A stretch of 64,000 nt of DNA from an archaeon GW2011_AR15 (GCA_000830295.1 CP010425.1:704001-768000); one strand, 5' to 3'; positions 9,239 to 19,299 are shown, numbered from the stretch's first letter. Numbers and translations: made by a program. The notes: a model not told the origin generated them from the letters alone.

Positions 9239-9835
9239 TTATTCACATTGCTCTTCTGTACGATATTCTGTTACTGTCTTATACTTGGTCACCTCTTTGA
9301 ATTTAGTGACCACTCTACTAAGTGTCTTTTTAGCTGGGAATACTTTGTGATATGAATTAAAATCTTCTCCAGCATCTATATCATACTCTTGAATGAAAGT
9401 TTTTGTTTCGCTAGGCATAATATATTGACTTGAACTGAAGCTTTTTCCCCCACTATTTAGTGTTTCAAAAGTTTGTTCAACAGTAAACAAACCAGTTTCA
9501 GAATCAACATTTCTTATTTCAACTACGCTTTTTGCCCACATATCAAAAAAACCATGGAGGGCGGTAGTCTTATATGCACTAATCTCCTCATATTTCATAT
9601 CAACATCATATTCCTCAATTGCCTGATACGGTTCTTGATCTATATACGCTTCTTGAACTTCATATGGAACCTCGACCATCTCACATTTTTGGATAGGATT
9701 TACAAGTTTTATAGAATTGCCGGTTACATCATTATCATTATTATTTAATCCTCCATTTGTAGTGCATCCTGCTAATAGAATTAAACCCAAGATAGAAACT
9801 AATAGTATATCCTTCATACGAATCCCCCCAAACAT
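9239..9835 (-). CDS. Hypothetical lipoprotein
   Basis: Signal peptide with LAGC lipobox; VPY/EPY-type short repeats. Confidence 0.65.
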   Translation of the reverse strand: MFGGIRMKDILLVSILGLILLAGCTTNGGLNNNDNDVTGNSIKLVNPIQKCEMVEVPYEVQEAYIDQEPYQAIEEYDVDMKYEEISAYKTTALHGFFDMWAKSVVEIRNVDSETGLFTVEQTFETLNSGGKSFSSSQYIMPSETKTFIQEYDIDAGEDFNSYHKVFPAKKTLSRVVTKFKEVTKYKTVTEYRTEEQCE

Positions 9836-9912
9836 TAATGTGAGGTAAAGATAATTTACTTATATTCTTTTCCATCCAAAGCCTTTTTAACCATGCAAAA
9901 CATATACAATAT

Positions 9913-10314
9913 ATGACACTTGTAGAAGCCAGCATAACATCATGGTACAGCAGGGGAGGGGCTTTTGAGGCATACAGAATGGAATGCGAGGTCCATCACG
10001 GCTTTGGCAGCGAGATGAATTTCACTGACCCTGCCAAGATGGCGTCTGAGCTGGTATTTAACGTCAGGCTTTCTGAAGCAGCTGACCCGGTTTACAGGAT
10101 TGTTCTATGGGAAGGGCATCACCCATTGGATAAATACTTAGAGAATTGCGGCCATATAAGATATACGCAGAGACCTGAAGACGGGCTGAAAAAGACAATT
10201 GAAGCATACCTGAAAGACCCGGAGCTTATTGCAGCTGCAAAACAGAGAGCAGACAAGATATTAGACCCAGAATCGCTTAATAAGATATTTGTGTACGATG
10301 GTCTGGGCGGATAA
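9913..10314 (+). CDS. Hypothetical protein, paralog A, ends in DGLGG
   Basis: Clear paralogy with the next ORF (LWEGxHPL..ENCxHxRYTQ..YLxDPEL.AAAK.RA). Confidence 0.75.
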   Translation: MTLVEASITSWYSRGGAFEAYRMECEVHHGFGSEMNFTDPAKMASELVFNVRLSEAADPVYRIVLWEGHHPLDKYLENCGHIRYTQRPEDGLKKTIEAYLKDPELIAAAKQRADKILDPESLNKIFVYDGLGG

Positions 10315-10396
10315 AAATAAGAATTTTCTCAACAGAAAATCTTCTATTTAAAGAGTTGGGCAAACCTTTTTATCCCTGCAAACCATACTATATGCT

Positions 10397-10792
10397 ATGG
10401 CAGATGTGAAGATAAGGATAGCTGAAGGCCGCAACAGGGACGGCAGCTTTGACTCCTACAGCCTGAGGTGCAGGATAGACGGCAAGCAGGCTACAATCAA
10501 CTACCTGACCGACATAGTGGAAATGGCCAGTGACGTCCTTTTCAAGGTCTATTTCTTAGGAGTGGAAAACCCGGAATACAGCATAAAGCTCTGGGAAGGC
10601 ACCCATCCTCTGAAGGACTGCCCGGAAAACTGCAGCCATTACAGGTATACACAGAAGCCGCAAAACGAATTAAAGGGCGGCCTTGAAAGATACCTAAATG
10701 ACCCGGAGCTCAATGCAGCCGCAAAGGCAAGGGCAGAAAGGAACGCAGCAAACCTCAAGGCAACCTACATCCATGACGGGACAGGCGGATAA
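10397..10792 (+). CDS. Hypothetical protein, paralog B, ends in DGTGG
   Basis: Tandem paralog of 9913-10314 with a similar upstream promoter sequence. Confidence 0.75.
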   Translation: MADVKIRIAEGRNRDGSFDSYSLRCRIDGKQATINYLTDIVEMASDVLFKVYFLGVENPEYSIKLWEGTHPLKDCPENCSHYRYTQKPQNELKGGLERYLNDPELNAAAKARAERNAANLKATYIHDGTGG

Positions 10793-10833
10793 AAACAAAA
10801 CAATTATTAATAAAAAAATTCTATATATGCGGA

Positions 10834-11484
10834 ATGCCTGAAGAGATGGGTGTTGAGGAAGAAGTAAGACAGATAACCGAAGGCATAGAAGTTCTTGACA
10901 AAAAACTCAGGGAAGCCCCGCATGTGCTGATACAGTATGAGAAACTTCTCGACGAGGCTGATGAGATAGACCCTGTTGCAGGGTACTGGAGCGCAGAGGC
11001 AGAAGACAGGACACGCAACCAGCGTTATTTCTGGCTGGGCCAGATAAGGGAGGAGATAGCCACAAGGATACTCGGCATGGACCCTGACAACCTGAAGGCA
11101 TTGTATACACTCTATTATGTCTATGAAGCCCAGGAGTTTGACGGAAATTTCTGGATCATGGAGAGAATAGCTGAACTGGATCCTGAGCACCCGTTCGCAG
11201 ATGTTGTTGCAGACGTATACGCGGGATGCTATGAGAAGACTGCGGCAGACCTTCTCCCGGATTTGGGATTTTTGGAAAGGGCTGTAAAATTTTATAGCTT
11301 TTTCGTAAATTCAGAGGGGAAGAGGATAGAAAGATTCCAGAGCAGCCCTGGATATGTCCCTTCAGGAAGCTCCGCGAGAAAAGCCGAAGCCCTGGAGAAA
11401 TATAAGAAAAAAAGGGGGTTCTATGGCATAGAGCTCCAAGCGCTTAGCAGGGTAATCTTTGCGGAAGACCAGTATAGCCAGTAA
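10834..11484 (+). CDS. Hypothetical helical, TPR-like protein
   Basis: ILGMDPDNLKALY and IAELDPEHPFA resemble TPR turns. Confidence 0.5.
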   Translation: MPEEMGVEEEVRQITEGIEVLDKKLREAPHVLIQYEKLLDEADEIDPVAGYWSAEAEDRTRNQRYFWLGQIREEIATRILGMDPDNLKALYTLYYVYEAQEFDGNFWIMERIAELDPEHPFADVVADVYAGCYEKTAADLLPDLGFLERAVKFYSFFVNSEGKRIERFQSSPGYVPSGSSARKAEALEKYKKKRGFYGIELQALSRVIFAEDQYSQ

Positions 11485-11739
11485 TCACTTATACTTTATC
11501 TTCAGAAATAATATTATCCCTGAAAACACGATAGTCACTGAATTGGCCATTATTATAGCAGGGTCTCTCAGCATCAGGCCATAGGTAAGCCACAGGAGTG
11601 TGCCTATTGTAAGAAGAAGATACATGTGGAGGGAAAGGTCTTTTGTGTGCCTTGTCTTTATTACCTTAAGGGCCTGCGGCAGGAAGGAGGTTGTAGTGCA
11701 GACAGCAGCGGATAATCCAATCACAGTTACCCAGTTCAT
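11485..11739 (-). CDS. SemiSWEET sugar transporter
   Basis: 84 aa, three TM segments, TTSFLPQ (PQ motif), TKDLS, WLTYG, ANSVT. Confidence 0.92.
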   Translation of the reverse strand: MNWVTVIGLSAAVCTTTSFLPQALKVIKTRHTKDLSLHMYLLLTIGTLLWLTYGLMLRDPAIIMANSVTIVFSGIILFLKIKYK

Positions 11740-11817
11740 AGCCTCTCATCTAATCATGCAGTATATAAATTTTTGTTTCATTAATTTTAAATATAAATTA
11801 ATTATACTCAGCCCAAA

Positions 11818-12174
11818 ATGGCAGATTTTTATGTTGATGACATGGCTTTTCTTGAATCTCTCATGATACCGCCTTACACAAGGACGCACGGGTTTGACCC
11901 TGCCACTGCAATATACACGCGGAATAATGTGGAAGGCGCCCTGAAAGCCATGGATATCTCTCCTGTGCTGTATGATTCTGCAATAGAGCAGCTTCTCGGG
12001 AAAGGCGTGCTTGTTGAAAACGACAAGGCAGCACTCATGTCATTCGGCTACTCAGAAAAAATGGCAGGAGAGCTGAAAATACCGGGGATAATGGGATTTT
12101 CTATTACACCAAGAGCAATCATAAGATACCTCAGCGGCAAATACAATATTGACCCTGCGGAAATAAAAGAATAG
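11818..12174 (+). CDS. Hypothetical protein
   Basis: 118-aa ORF downstream of a TATA-like AT tract. Confidence 0.55.
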   Translation: MADFYVDDMAFLESLMIPPYTRTHGFDPATAIYTRNNVEGALKAMDISPVLYDSAIEQLLGKGVLVENDKAALMSFGYSEKMAGELKIPGIMGFSITPRAIIRYLSGKYNIDPAEIKE

Positions 12175-12221
12175 TCTCTGCTACCATAATATTATTAATA
12201 AAGCAAATCTTCTGATATGTT

Positions 12222-12551
12222 ATGAAATGCGACTCATGCGGCAGGGAAAATACCTTTCTTTATTTTGTCGGCAAGAGCAATGTCTGCAACAAATGCATTG
12301 CAAGACAGACTGTATTCAAGGAAGTCAGGCACAGCGAGGACAGCCTGCTGAGAAAAGCGATGAGGGCATTCGGCATAAAGAGCTTTGGACAGCTGAAGGA
12401 CATAACGCCGAAGCAGGCCGAGGATCTGGAGCAGGGAAAGATAAAAGACAGGAAAGGAGAGACATTCAGGCACAAGAGCAACAGGGGAAGCGCAGTGAAA
12501 GTTGATTCAGGGGAATATATTGAAGACCAGGAAGAGCTGGATTTAGGATAA
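12222..12551 (+). CDS. Hypothetical protein with N-terminal CxxC..CxxC zinc finger
   Basis: MKCDSCG..VCNKC. Confidence 0.55.
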   Translation: MKCDSCGRENTFLYFVGKSNVCNKCIARQTVFKEVRHSEDSLLRKAMRAFGIKSFGQLKDITPKQAEDLEQGKIKDRKGETFRHKSNRGSAVKVDSGEYIEDQEELDLG

Positions 12552-13238
12552 GGCCATGTAATACTTTCTTTTTTTCTCATCAAACTTCTCAATCGCATAC
12601 CTCAGCATTGTCCTGGGCATTCTCCCTGCATGTTTGTCAAGGAATTTCTCCTCAGCTCTCTGGTCTTTTTTGCCCACCTCCCTCAGCATCCACCCGACTG
12701 CCTTGTGTATCAGGTCATGGCTGTCATTTAGCAAAATCTCAGAAATTTTTAAAGTGTCTTTGAAATCATTTTCCCTGATAAAAGCTGCTGTCGCTATTAT
12801 TGAAATCCTCTTTTCCCACAAATCCTCTGACTTTGCCAGCCTGTACAAGACAGACCTGTCCTTATCAAGCAGATATTCTCCAAGGATCCTGTGGGATGTT
12901 AGATCAACTAGGTCCCAGTTGTTAATATTTTTTGTATTAGCCAGATAAAAGTCAGCTATCCCTTTTTTATCATCTGACTTAGTATACTTTTCAACCAGTA
13001 TCAATAACCCGACCAGCCTGTGCTCATGTATCCTGCTCTCCAGCAATTTCCTGATTTCATTTAATTCCAGTGTTCTGAATTTTTTAGCAACTTCCCTTTG
13101 CACCGGAACTTTTATACCGAGAAAAATGTCCCCTTCGCCGTACTGCCCCTTTCCTGTCTTAAAGAACCTTTGCAGCAGTTTTGCCTGCCCGGGATTCCCC
13201 AACCTCTCTAATTCCTTTTTAACTTTCTCAGATGTCAT
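12543..13238 (-). CDS. DNA alkylation repair protein (AlkD family)
   Basis: FFKTGKGQYGEGD, NNWDLVD, LWEKR, KAVGWMLREVGK, RTMLRYAIEK. Confidence 0.9.
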   Translation of the reverse strand: MTSEKVKKELERLGNPGQAKLLQRFFKTGKGQYGEGDIFLGIKVPVQREVAKKFRTLELNEIRKLLESRIHEHRLVGLLILVEKYTKSDDKKGIADFYLANTKNINNWDLVDLTSHRILGEYLLDKDRSVLYRLAKSEDLWEKRISIIATAAFIRENDFKDTLKISEILLNDSHDLIHKAVGWMLREVGKKDQRAEEKFLDKHAGRMPRTMLRYAIEKFDEKKRKYYMALS

Positions 13239-13828
13239 TTTCCCTTGTTCCTTCCGCGCATCTCTACTTTCTCAAGCCTCTGCAGGACTTCCCTGTAATT
13301 TTTCGCTTTTTTCCTGTATCCCTGAAGAACAAGCCCAAATGCCTTTTCAAAAACCCTGTAGTGCCTGCTTTCAAGTGCCTGCCTCAGCAGGTGAAGGTCG
13401 ACAGCCTTGTCCTCTGCCTTGTCAGAAAAAAAGCTAAGCCCGAAATCAATTATGTAAACATCTTTTTCTTTTACTATCATGTTGGATGTTGTAAGGTCGC
13501 CGTGGATTATCCCCTCATTATGCATGAGCGCAATCTTTTCACCGATCTGCATGCACAGCTTAAGATTCCTGTCAAGCACATCCCTGGCTTTTTTCCCCTC
13601 AATATGAGACATCTCAATGCTCATGCTTTTCTCATCAAGCTTCAGCAGCTCAGGGGCAAAAACATTTTTCGGAAGCTTCAGCAGGATTTTTGCTTCTCTT
13701 TTTGCCCTGGATTTCCTTAAAGTCTCATCGAGCTCTTTTATCCTGTATCTTTTTTCAGGCCTTTTTTTCACTATCTTATCCTTGTCAAGATAGATGTCTG
13801 CCTCTGCGCCCTTAGATATAAGTTTCAT
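13235..13828 (-). CDS. bud32: KEOPS complex kinase Bud32
   Basis: KGAEA, HGDLTTSN, IDFGL, EDKAVDL, VEMRGR. Confidence 0.92.
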   Translation of the reverse strand: MKLISKGAEADIYLDKDKIVKKRPEKRYRIKELDETLRKSRAKREAKILLKLPKNVFAPELLKLDEKSMSIEMSHIEGKKARDVLDRNLKLCMQIGEKIALMHNEGIIHGDLTTSNMIVKEKDVYIIDFGLSFFSDKAEDKAVDLHLLRQALESRHYRVFEKAFGLVLQGYRKKAKNYREVLQRLEKVEMRGRNKGK

Positions 13829-13861
13829 GGCCAAAAGTAATAAGCCGCGATATTAAAATAT

Positions 13862-14491
13862 TCACTTTTCCTTTTTCCAGAGAAAATAGCTGTAGATAAA
13901 AAGGAAAAGACTGATCCCGACAGCCCCTGCTATGATGGCCCAGAATATGATGCTGCTCAGGAACAGGCCGGCAAAAAGCAGCAGCCCTAAAACTTTGAAG
14001 AGCCAGCTCCCTGCCTCGTGGGTTTTTTTCCAGACCCTGTCGCTGCTCAGCGTCCACGGCGTCCTTATGCCTATAAACCAGTTCCTCTCTGCCTTCTCAA
14101 GCAAAATTCCCATAAAGAACATCAGCCCGCCGATTGCAGGCGACATGGCCCCGCCCATACTAAACCTCAGCCCGAGGTTCCATGCAATTGTAAGCCCGTA
14201 TATGTAAGCCATGAAGAGCATCATCACAACAATAAATCCGTCATAATACTCCCTGAACTTCTCTATGTTCTTTTTCAGCGGGTCAATTTTCGGGATCAAA
14301 ACAAACAATACCAGCATGGCTGTCAATACCAGGGGAAGCATGAAGACGCCCCAGAATTTCGGGATGTAGCCGTTAACATTTCCGCTGATATCCCAGTGGC
14401 TGGCCATTATCCCAGGCATCAGAGGATAAAAGTAAATGCCTGCAGCAAAACTAAGGATTAAAATAAGAAATGCTATCTGGAGCTTTTTCAT
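13862..14491 (-). CDS. SdpI/DUF1648 family membrane protein
   Basis: ASHWDISGNVNGY, NWFIGIRTPWTLSSDRVWKKTH. Confidence 0.9.
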   Translation of the reverse strand: MKKLQIAFLILILSFAAGIYFYPLMPGIMASHWDISGNVNGYIPKFWGVFMLPLVLTAMLVLFVLIPKIDPLKKNIEKFREYYDGFIVVMMLFMAYIYGLTIAWNLGLRFSMGGAMSPAIGGLMFFMGILLEKAERNWFIGIRTPWTLSSDRVWKKTHEAGSWLFKVLGLLLFAGLFLSSIIFWAIIAGAVGISLFLFIYSYFLWKKEK

Positions 14492-14594
14492 GAGTATAGT
14501 AAAGAGAGAGGATTAATAATTGTTTGTCTGCTGCAATCAGATTTAAATATAACTTCTCGTTGACAGGCAGGATAGAATCAAGAGGGGATACGGC

Positions 14595-15248
14595 ATAAAA
14601 ACATACATCGGACTCGGGATAGCTGCCCTTGCAGCAGGCATCATGTCAGCATGCAGCCAGGCGCCAGTAGACTGTGAGAAAGCGTATGATTTCAGGCACG
14701 CCCGGGAATATACAATAAGGGAGCAATTTCTTACACTTACGCCTACATATGACATAATGGATGAAAACGGATGCGACATAGGCACAATGAGCAGGAGATT
14801 TTTCAGCTTTCTCAGGGAGACAGACATAGAAGGCAATAATGTCAACCTTGGGAGAATAGAGACTGAGCTGCTAAGCTTTGGCTATGATATGAATGTGTAT
14901 GATTCGGACGGTAATATTATAAACACCGCGGACCATAAACTGATGGACTCCATGCTTAATTTCGGCGGATTCTATATAGAGATAAAAAATACAGAAGGGA
15001 AAATAGTCGGTACAATGAAACAGGATCCGTTCTCTCTCTTCACAGGCGGAGCATGGAAATATTTTGATATTAAAGACACTGAAGGCAACATCATTGCGGA
15101 GATAGAATATACTTCATTTATTCCTGATACATACAAAGTTACCAATAATTCAGACATTGATAACAGGACAATAGCAGGAATAGTAGGGCTTCTTGACCAG
15201 ATTGAAGATGAGATGAATGACAGCGATGACAGCAGTTCCGATGACTGA
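14595..15248 (+). CDS. Lipoprotein with LURP-one/scramblase (tubby-like) domain; probable ATA start
   Basis: The in-frame extension upstream of ATG 14643 encodes a signal peptide, KTYIGLGIAALAAGIMSAC; repeated YDIxDxxGxxIG strands. Confidence 0.65.
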   Translation: MKTYIGLGIAALAAGIMSACSQAPVDCEKAYDFRHAREYTIREQFLTLTPTYDIMDENGCDIGTMSRRFFSFLRETDIEGNNVNLGRIETELLSFGYDMNVYDSDGNIINTADHKLMDSMLNFGGFYIEIKNTEGKIVGTMKQDPFSLFTGGAWKYFDIKDTEGNIIAEIEYTSFIPDTYKVTNNSDIDNRTIAGIVGLLDQIEDEMNDSDDSSSDD

Positions 15249-16409
15249 TTATTTCTTAAACTTCCTGTAATTCTCTTCCAGCGCTTTTATTCCGGGCAGC
15301 TCATGCCCTGCCAGCAGCTCAAGGGAAGCTCCGCCGCCTGTTGAGACATGCGTCATCCTTGATGTAAGGCCGAATTTCTCAATTGCCTCTCCAGAATCCC
15401 CGCCGCCGATTATTTTTACTATATTCAGCTTTGAAAGGTGCTTTGCAATCTCCATGGTTCCTGTCTCAAATTTTTCAAACTCAAACGCTCCCAAAGGCCC
15501 GGCCCAGACAACAGTCTTTGCCCTGTTCAGTATCTCCTTGTATTTTTTTATTGTCTCTGTCCCTACATCCATTATCATCCAGCCGGCTATCTTGTCATCA
15601 ACATAGGCAACCCTTGTCTTTGTGTTTGCCATAAATCTCTCTCCAAGGACAAAATCCTCGGGCAGCACTATCTTTTTTGAAAATCCTGAAAGCAGCTTCC
15701 TGGCAGCATTAAGGGAATCCTTATTGTACTTTGACAGGCCAATCTCATGCCCGCTTGCCTTGAGAAAAGTATTTGCCAGCACCCCTGAAACAATCAGTGT
15801 ATCAACTCTCTTGATCAGGTTTCCTATCACATTTATCTTGTCAGGCTTTGCTCCTCCTATTATGGCAACAAAAGGCCTTTTCGGGCTCTTCATGTCCTCG
15901 CCAAGGAACTCAACCTCTTTTTCCATAAGCAGGCCGGCACAGCTCGGGATGTGTTTAGGGATTCCTGAAACAGAGGCATGCTCCCTGTGAGCCACCCCAA
16001 AAGCGTCAAACACGAAAATATCTGCCAGCCCTGCCAGTTTTTTTGCAAAATCATAGTCATTCTCGGCTTCTCCCCTGCTGAACCTTAAATTCTCAAGCAT
16101 CACCACCTTATGGCTTTCATCAACTGCAAACTCCTCGCAGAATTCCACCTTTCTTCCCAGAAGCTGCTCAAGCCTCCTGCACACAGGCAGAAGGGAAAAT
16201 TCCGGCTCCTTCCTCCCTTTCGGCTGGCCGAAGTGTGAGCACACTATAACCTGCTTTGCCCCTTTCCTGAGGACATATTCAATTGTGGGGATAGTTTTCT
16301 TTATCCTTGAGTCATCTGTAATCCTGCCGCCGTGCATAGGTACATTAAAATCGACTCTGATGAGAACCTTTTTATTGGTAAAACTGAAGTCTTTCAGTCT
16401 GAAGAACAT
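15249..16409 (-). CDS. pgk: Phosphoglycerate kinase
   Basis: RVDFNVP, SHFGQP, LENLRF, DAFGVAHR, GGGDS, STGGGASLE. Confidence 0.97.
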   Translation of the reverse strand: MFFRLKDFSFTNKKVLIRVDFNVPMHGGRITDDSRIKKTIPTIEYVLRKGAKQVIVCSHFGQPKGRKEPEFSLLPVCRRLEQLLGRKVEFCEEFAVDESHKVVMLENLRFSRGEAENDYDFAKKLAGLADIFVFDAFGVAHREHASVSGIPKHIPSCAGLLMEKEVEFLGEDMKSPKRPFVAIIGGAKPDKINVIGNLIKRVDTLIVSGVLANTFLKASGHEIGLSKYNKDSLNAARKLLSGFSKKIVLPEDFVLGERFMANTKTRVAYVDDKIAGWMIMDVGTETIKKYKEILNRAKTVVWAGPLGAFEFEKFETGTMEIAKHLSKLNIVKIIGGGDSGEAIEKFGLTSRMTHVSTGGGASLELLAGHELPGIKALEENYRKFKK

Positions 16410-16488
16410 GTTTTATTAGGATAGTCACCAAAGTTTTTAAACTTTCCCATGAGGTGGCATCAAAAGCAATATAAGAGAAGAAATAAAT

Positions 16489-16800
16489 TCAGCCGAGAGC
16501 GGCTTCAATCTTTTCCTTAAGAGAGTCTTTTGGAAGGGCCCCTATGACTGTTCCGACAACCTCGCCGTCGCTGAACATTATCAGCGTAGGAATGCTCCTC
16601 ACACCGTATTTCTGGGCAGTTTCAGGATTGCTGTCAACATCAAGCTTCAGGAATTTGATTCCCTTCATCTCTTTTGAAAGCTCCTCGAACCTGGGCCCGA
16701 GAATCCTGCAGGGACCGCACCATGCAGCCCAGAAATCAACTATGGCTTTGCCTTTCATAACTTTCTCATCAAAATTGTCATCGGTTACCTCAACTGGCAT
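16489..16800 (-). CDS. trxA: Thioredoxin
   Basis: DFWAAWCGPC, SIPT. Confidence 0.96.
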   Translation of the reverse strand: MPVEVTDDNFDEKVMKGKAIVDFWAAWCGPCRILGPRFEELSKEMKGIKFLKLDVDSNPETAQKYGVRSIPTLIMFSDGEVVGTVIGALPKDSLKEKIEAALG

Positions 16801-16843
16801 TCAACATCACCTGCATTACTGGACCTAAAGGGAGTTTATAAAT

Positions 16844-17611
16844 TTATTTATACCCAACAACCATAATCTCTCTTCCGAAATACCTGTTGAAGAAAGAGCC
16901 AGCATCAGAATCCAGCCTCACCAGAAGATCATTCAATTTTTTGAAAGGGGTAGGTGAGATTAGATATTCCTTCTGCTTTTCCCTCGGTAGGAGTCTTATC
17001 CATGAGGTAAACGTGCCAGCGCCATAAGATTCTATCTTCCTGAAACCTAGCTGGCTCATTCTGCCTCTCATCTCCATTTGCGTGAAATCGTACTGTGGGC
17101 CATATTCCCAGCTGCCGTTAGCCTCAGAGATAGATTTCCATAGCGTGTGAAAGAGATTTAGCTTATTTGGTGTCATGACAATCATTCTCCCTCCTTTTTT
17201 CACAACCCGATACATTTCCTCAAACAGGGTTTGCCTCTCCGGGTCGAGATAGTGCTCATTAACTCCGTTTGCTACCAGAAGGTCTATTGATTCAGCCGGA
17301 ACAGGTATGCTGAAATAATCAGCAGATACAGAACCGGCCTCTGCATCGCCTCCAAATCTTTTTCTGGAATGGTTCAGCACATGATGGTCATAATCCAGAA
17401 GAATTAAGTTAAAACCAGAGAAATAACGTCTTGTCCTAAAACCTCCGGCTGAGCCAGCGTCCAGTACAACGGTTTCACCGCTTGGTTCAATATCTCCTGC
17501 AGCAGTATCCAATAAATGAGTTATGGTGTCAAAAGCCCCGGAAACAGGAAGACCATGGGCATCTTTCCTATGTATTTTACTGAATGTTTCGATTACATCG
17601 TATTTTGACAT
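16844..17611 (-). CDS. Class I SAM-dependent methyltransferase
   Basis: VLDAGSAGG, EMYRVVKKGG..TPN. Confidence 0.8.
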   Translation of the reverse strand: MSKYDVIETFSKIHRKDAHGLPVSGAFDTITHLLDTAAGDIEPSGETVVLDAGSAGGFRTRRYFSGFNLILLDYDHHVLNHSRKRFGGDAEAGSVSADYFSIPVPAESIDLLVANGVNEHYLDPERQTLFEEMYRVVKKGGRMIVMTPNKLNLFHTLWKSISEANGSWEYGPQYDFTQMEMRGRMSQLGFRKIESYGAGTFTSWIRLLPREKQKEYLISPTPFKKLNDLLVRLDSDAGSFFNRYFGREIMVVGYK

Positions 17612-17703
17612 TGTATAGGGGAGCTAAATTTTATATTTAAAACTATAGCAATAAAAATGTATTTTCCGCAACAAATAAATACTTCTGCAGGAAAGTTATA
17701 ACC

Positions 17704-18225
17704 ATGGCTGAGCCCATATCCAACATCAGGGAATATATTATTGAAAAAAGAAAAGAGGGAATTCCGGATTCACAGATACTGTTCTCTCTTAGAAATTCAA
17801 GCTGGCCTGATGATATAATTGACACTGCATTCCAGGATGCTTCCAAGGTTGTTCAGGCAGTGCCTGAAGCCGAGCCTGCAAAAGAGGACTCTGCTGTAGA
17901 GCAGCAGGCTGAAAAAAAGCCAGAAGAAAAACCAAAAGAAGAGCCAAAGCAGGAAAAGAAAGAAAAAAAGCAATTTTCAATAATGGCACTCTTCGCATTC
18001 CTTACCTCACCCATACCATTTTTGGGGCTGGGCGTGGCAATGTCTGCCTTTGACGACATAAAGAAAAACAACAAAACAGGGGTTTTTTTAGCAGTGATTG
18101 CCCTGCTTATTAATCTAGGGATTATACTTTTCCTTATCTACATGTTCTACCAGATATTCACACTGCCGCCTGACAATTTAGCAGGGTTTGCGAAAGTAGT
18201 GAATGATATGTTCAATCTTGTATAG
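17704..18225 (+). CDS. Membrane protein, DUF4190-like C-terminus
   Basis: Charged linker followed by TM-IKKNNKTG.FLA-TM. Confidence 0.6.
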   Translation: MAEPISNIREYIIEKRKEGIPDSQILFSLRNSSWPDDIIDTAFQDASKVVQAVPEAEPAKEDSAVEQQAEKKPEEKPKEEPKQEKKEKKQFSIMALFAFLTSPIPFLGLGVAMSAFDDIKKNNKTGVFLAVIALLINLGIILFLIYMFYQIFTLPPDNLAGFAKVVNDMFNLV

Positions 18226-18248
18226 GAATAAGAAAGATAAAATAAAAA

Positions 18249-19178
18249 TTAAGCCTCAGCCCTGGCCTTTTCCATCTCTTTGTCAAGGAAGCTCAGGCTG
18301 TCTATAAGCTCCTTGTAGCTGTTTCTCACAGTGACTTCTGTCACGTCAGCAACCTTGGCTATCTCTGCCTGGGTCTTCTTCTCATTGTGTATTTTTGATG
18401 CAATGTAAAGAGCGCCTGCAGCGATTCCTTTCGGAGACCTTCCTGAAGTTATCTCTTCTTTTGTTGCTATCTGCACAATGTCAAGGGCCTTTGTCTGGGT
18501 TTTTGGCTCAAGTTTGAGCTCTGATGCAAACCTTGTAACATAGTTCATGGGGTCAATCGGAAGCGTCCTTATGTTAAGGTTCCTTGAGACATACTTGAAG
18601 TTCTTTGCAACCTTCTTCTTGTCTATCCCCGTAACTTCTGAAACTTCATTAAGCGTCCTTGGAATATCATACATCCTCAGCACAGCATAGACAACTCCGG
18701 CAACAACTGCCTCTGTTGAGTGGCCTCTTACAAGCCCCCTCTGCACTGCCTCTGTGTATATCCTTGAGATCTCCTCTTCAACATAACCGGGAAGGCCGAG
18801 TACAGAAACAATTCTTTTTATCTCTGACAGGGCAAGCCTCAGGTTTGATTCTATTGCAGTTGAGACCCTCCTCTGCCACAGCCTAAGCCTGTAGAACCTG
18901 TCTTTGTCTTTCTTTGAAAGCTTATAGAGGTCTGACTTAGTCCCTATTGTGGTTCCAAGCCCCCTGTCCTCCTGCGTGTATGTCAGGGGCGCTCCTGTCC
19001 TTCTCCTGCTCTGCCCGCCGTCTGAGTCGAATTCCCTCCACTCCTGGCCGAAATCAAATAGCTTGTCATCTAGCACAAGGCCGCATGACTTGCATGTTAC
19101 CTCCCCTTTTTCCTTGTTCCAGTTCAGCAGCTCAGCGCCGCATTCCGGGCATTTCTTGTAATGCATATCTTTAATCAT
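18249..19178 (-). CDS. tfb: Transcription initiation factor IIB
   Basis: CPECG..CKSCG zinc ribbon, EWREF, RTGAP, two cyclin repeats, VTEVTVRN. Confidence 0.96.
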   Translation of the reverse strand: MIKDMHYKKCPECGAELLNWNKEKGEVTCKSCGLVLDDKLFDFGQEWREFDSDGGQSRRRTGAPLTYTQEDRGLGTTIGTKSDLYKLSKKDKDRFYRLRLWQRRVSTAIESNLRLALSEIKRIVSVLGLPGYVEEEISRIYTEAVQRGLVRGHSTEAVVAGVVYAVLRMYDIPRTLNEVSEVTGIDKKKVAKNFKYVSRNLNIRTLPIDPMNYVTRFASELKLEPKTQTKALDIVQIATKEEITSGRSPKGIAAGALYIASKIHNEKKTQAEIAKVADVTEVTVRNSYKELIDSLSFLDKEMEKARAEA

Positions 19179-19299
19179 TTTTCTCCTCCACAGGTAGGTC
19201 TTTCTAGCTTTTGCCTACCACCCCTAATGAGAAAGACACTTCTGAATACTGTTTTAAAAAGGGTTAACCACACGTTGTATATAAAGGTTTCGGAATTTA

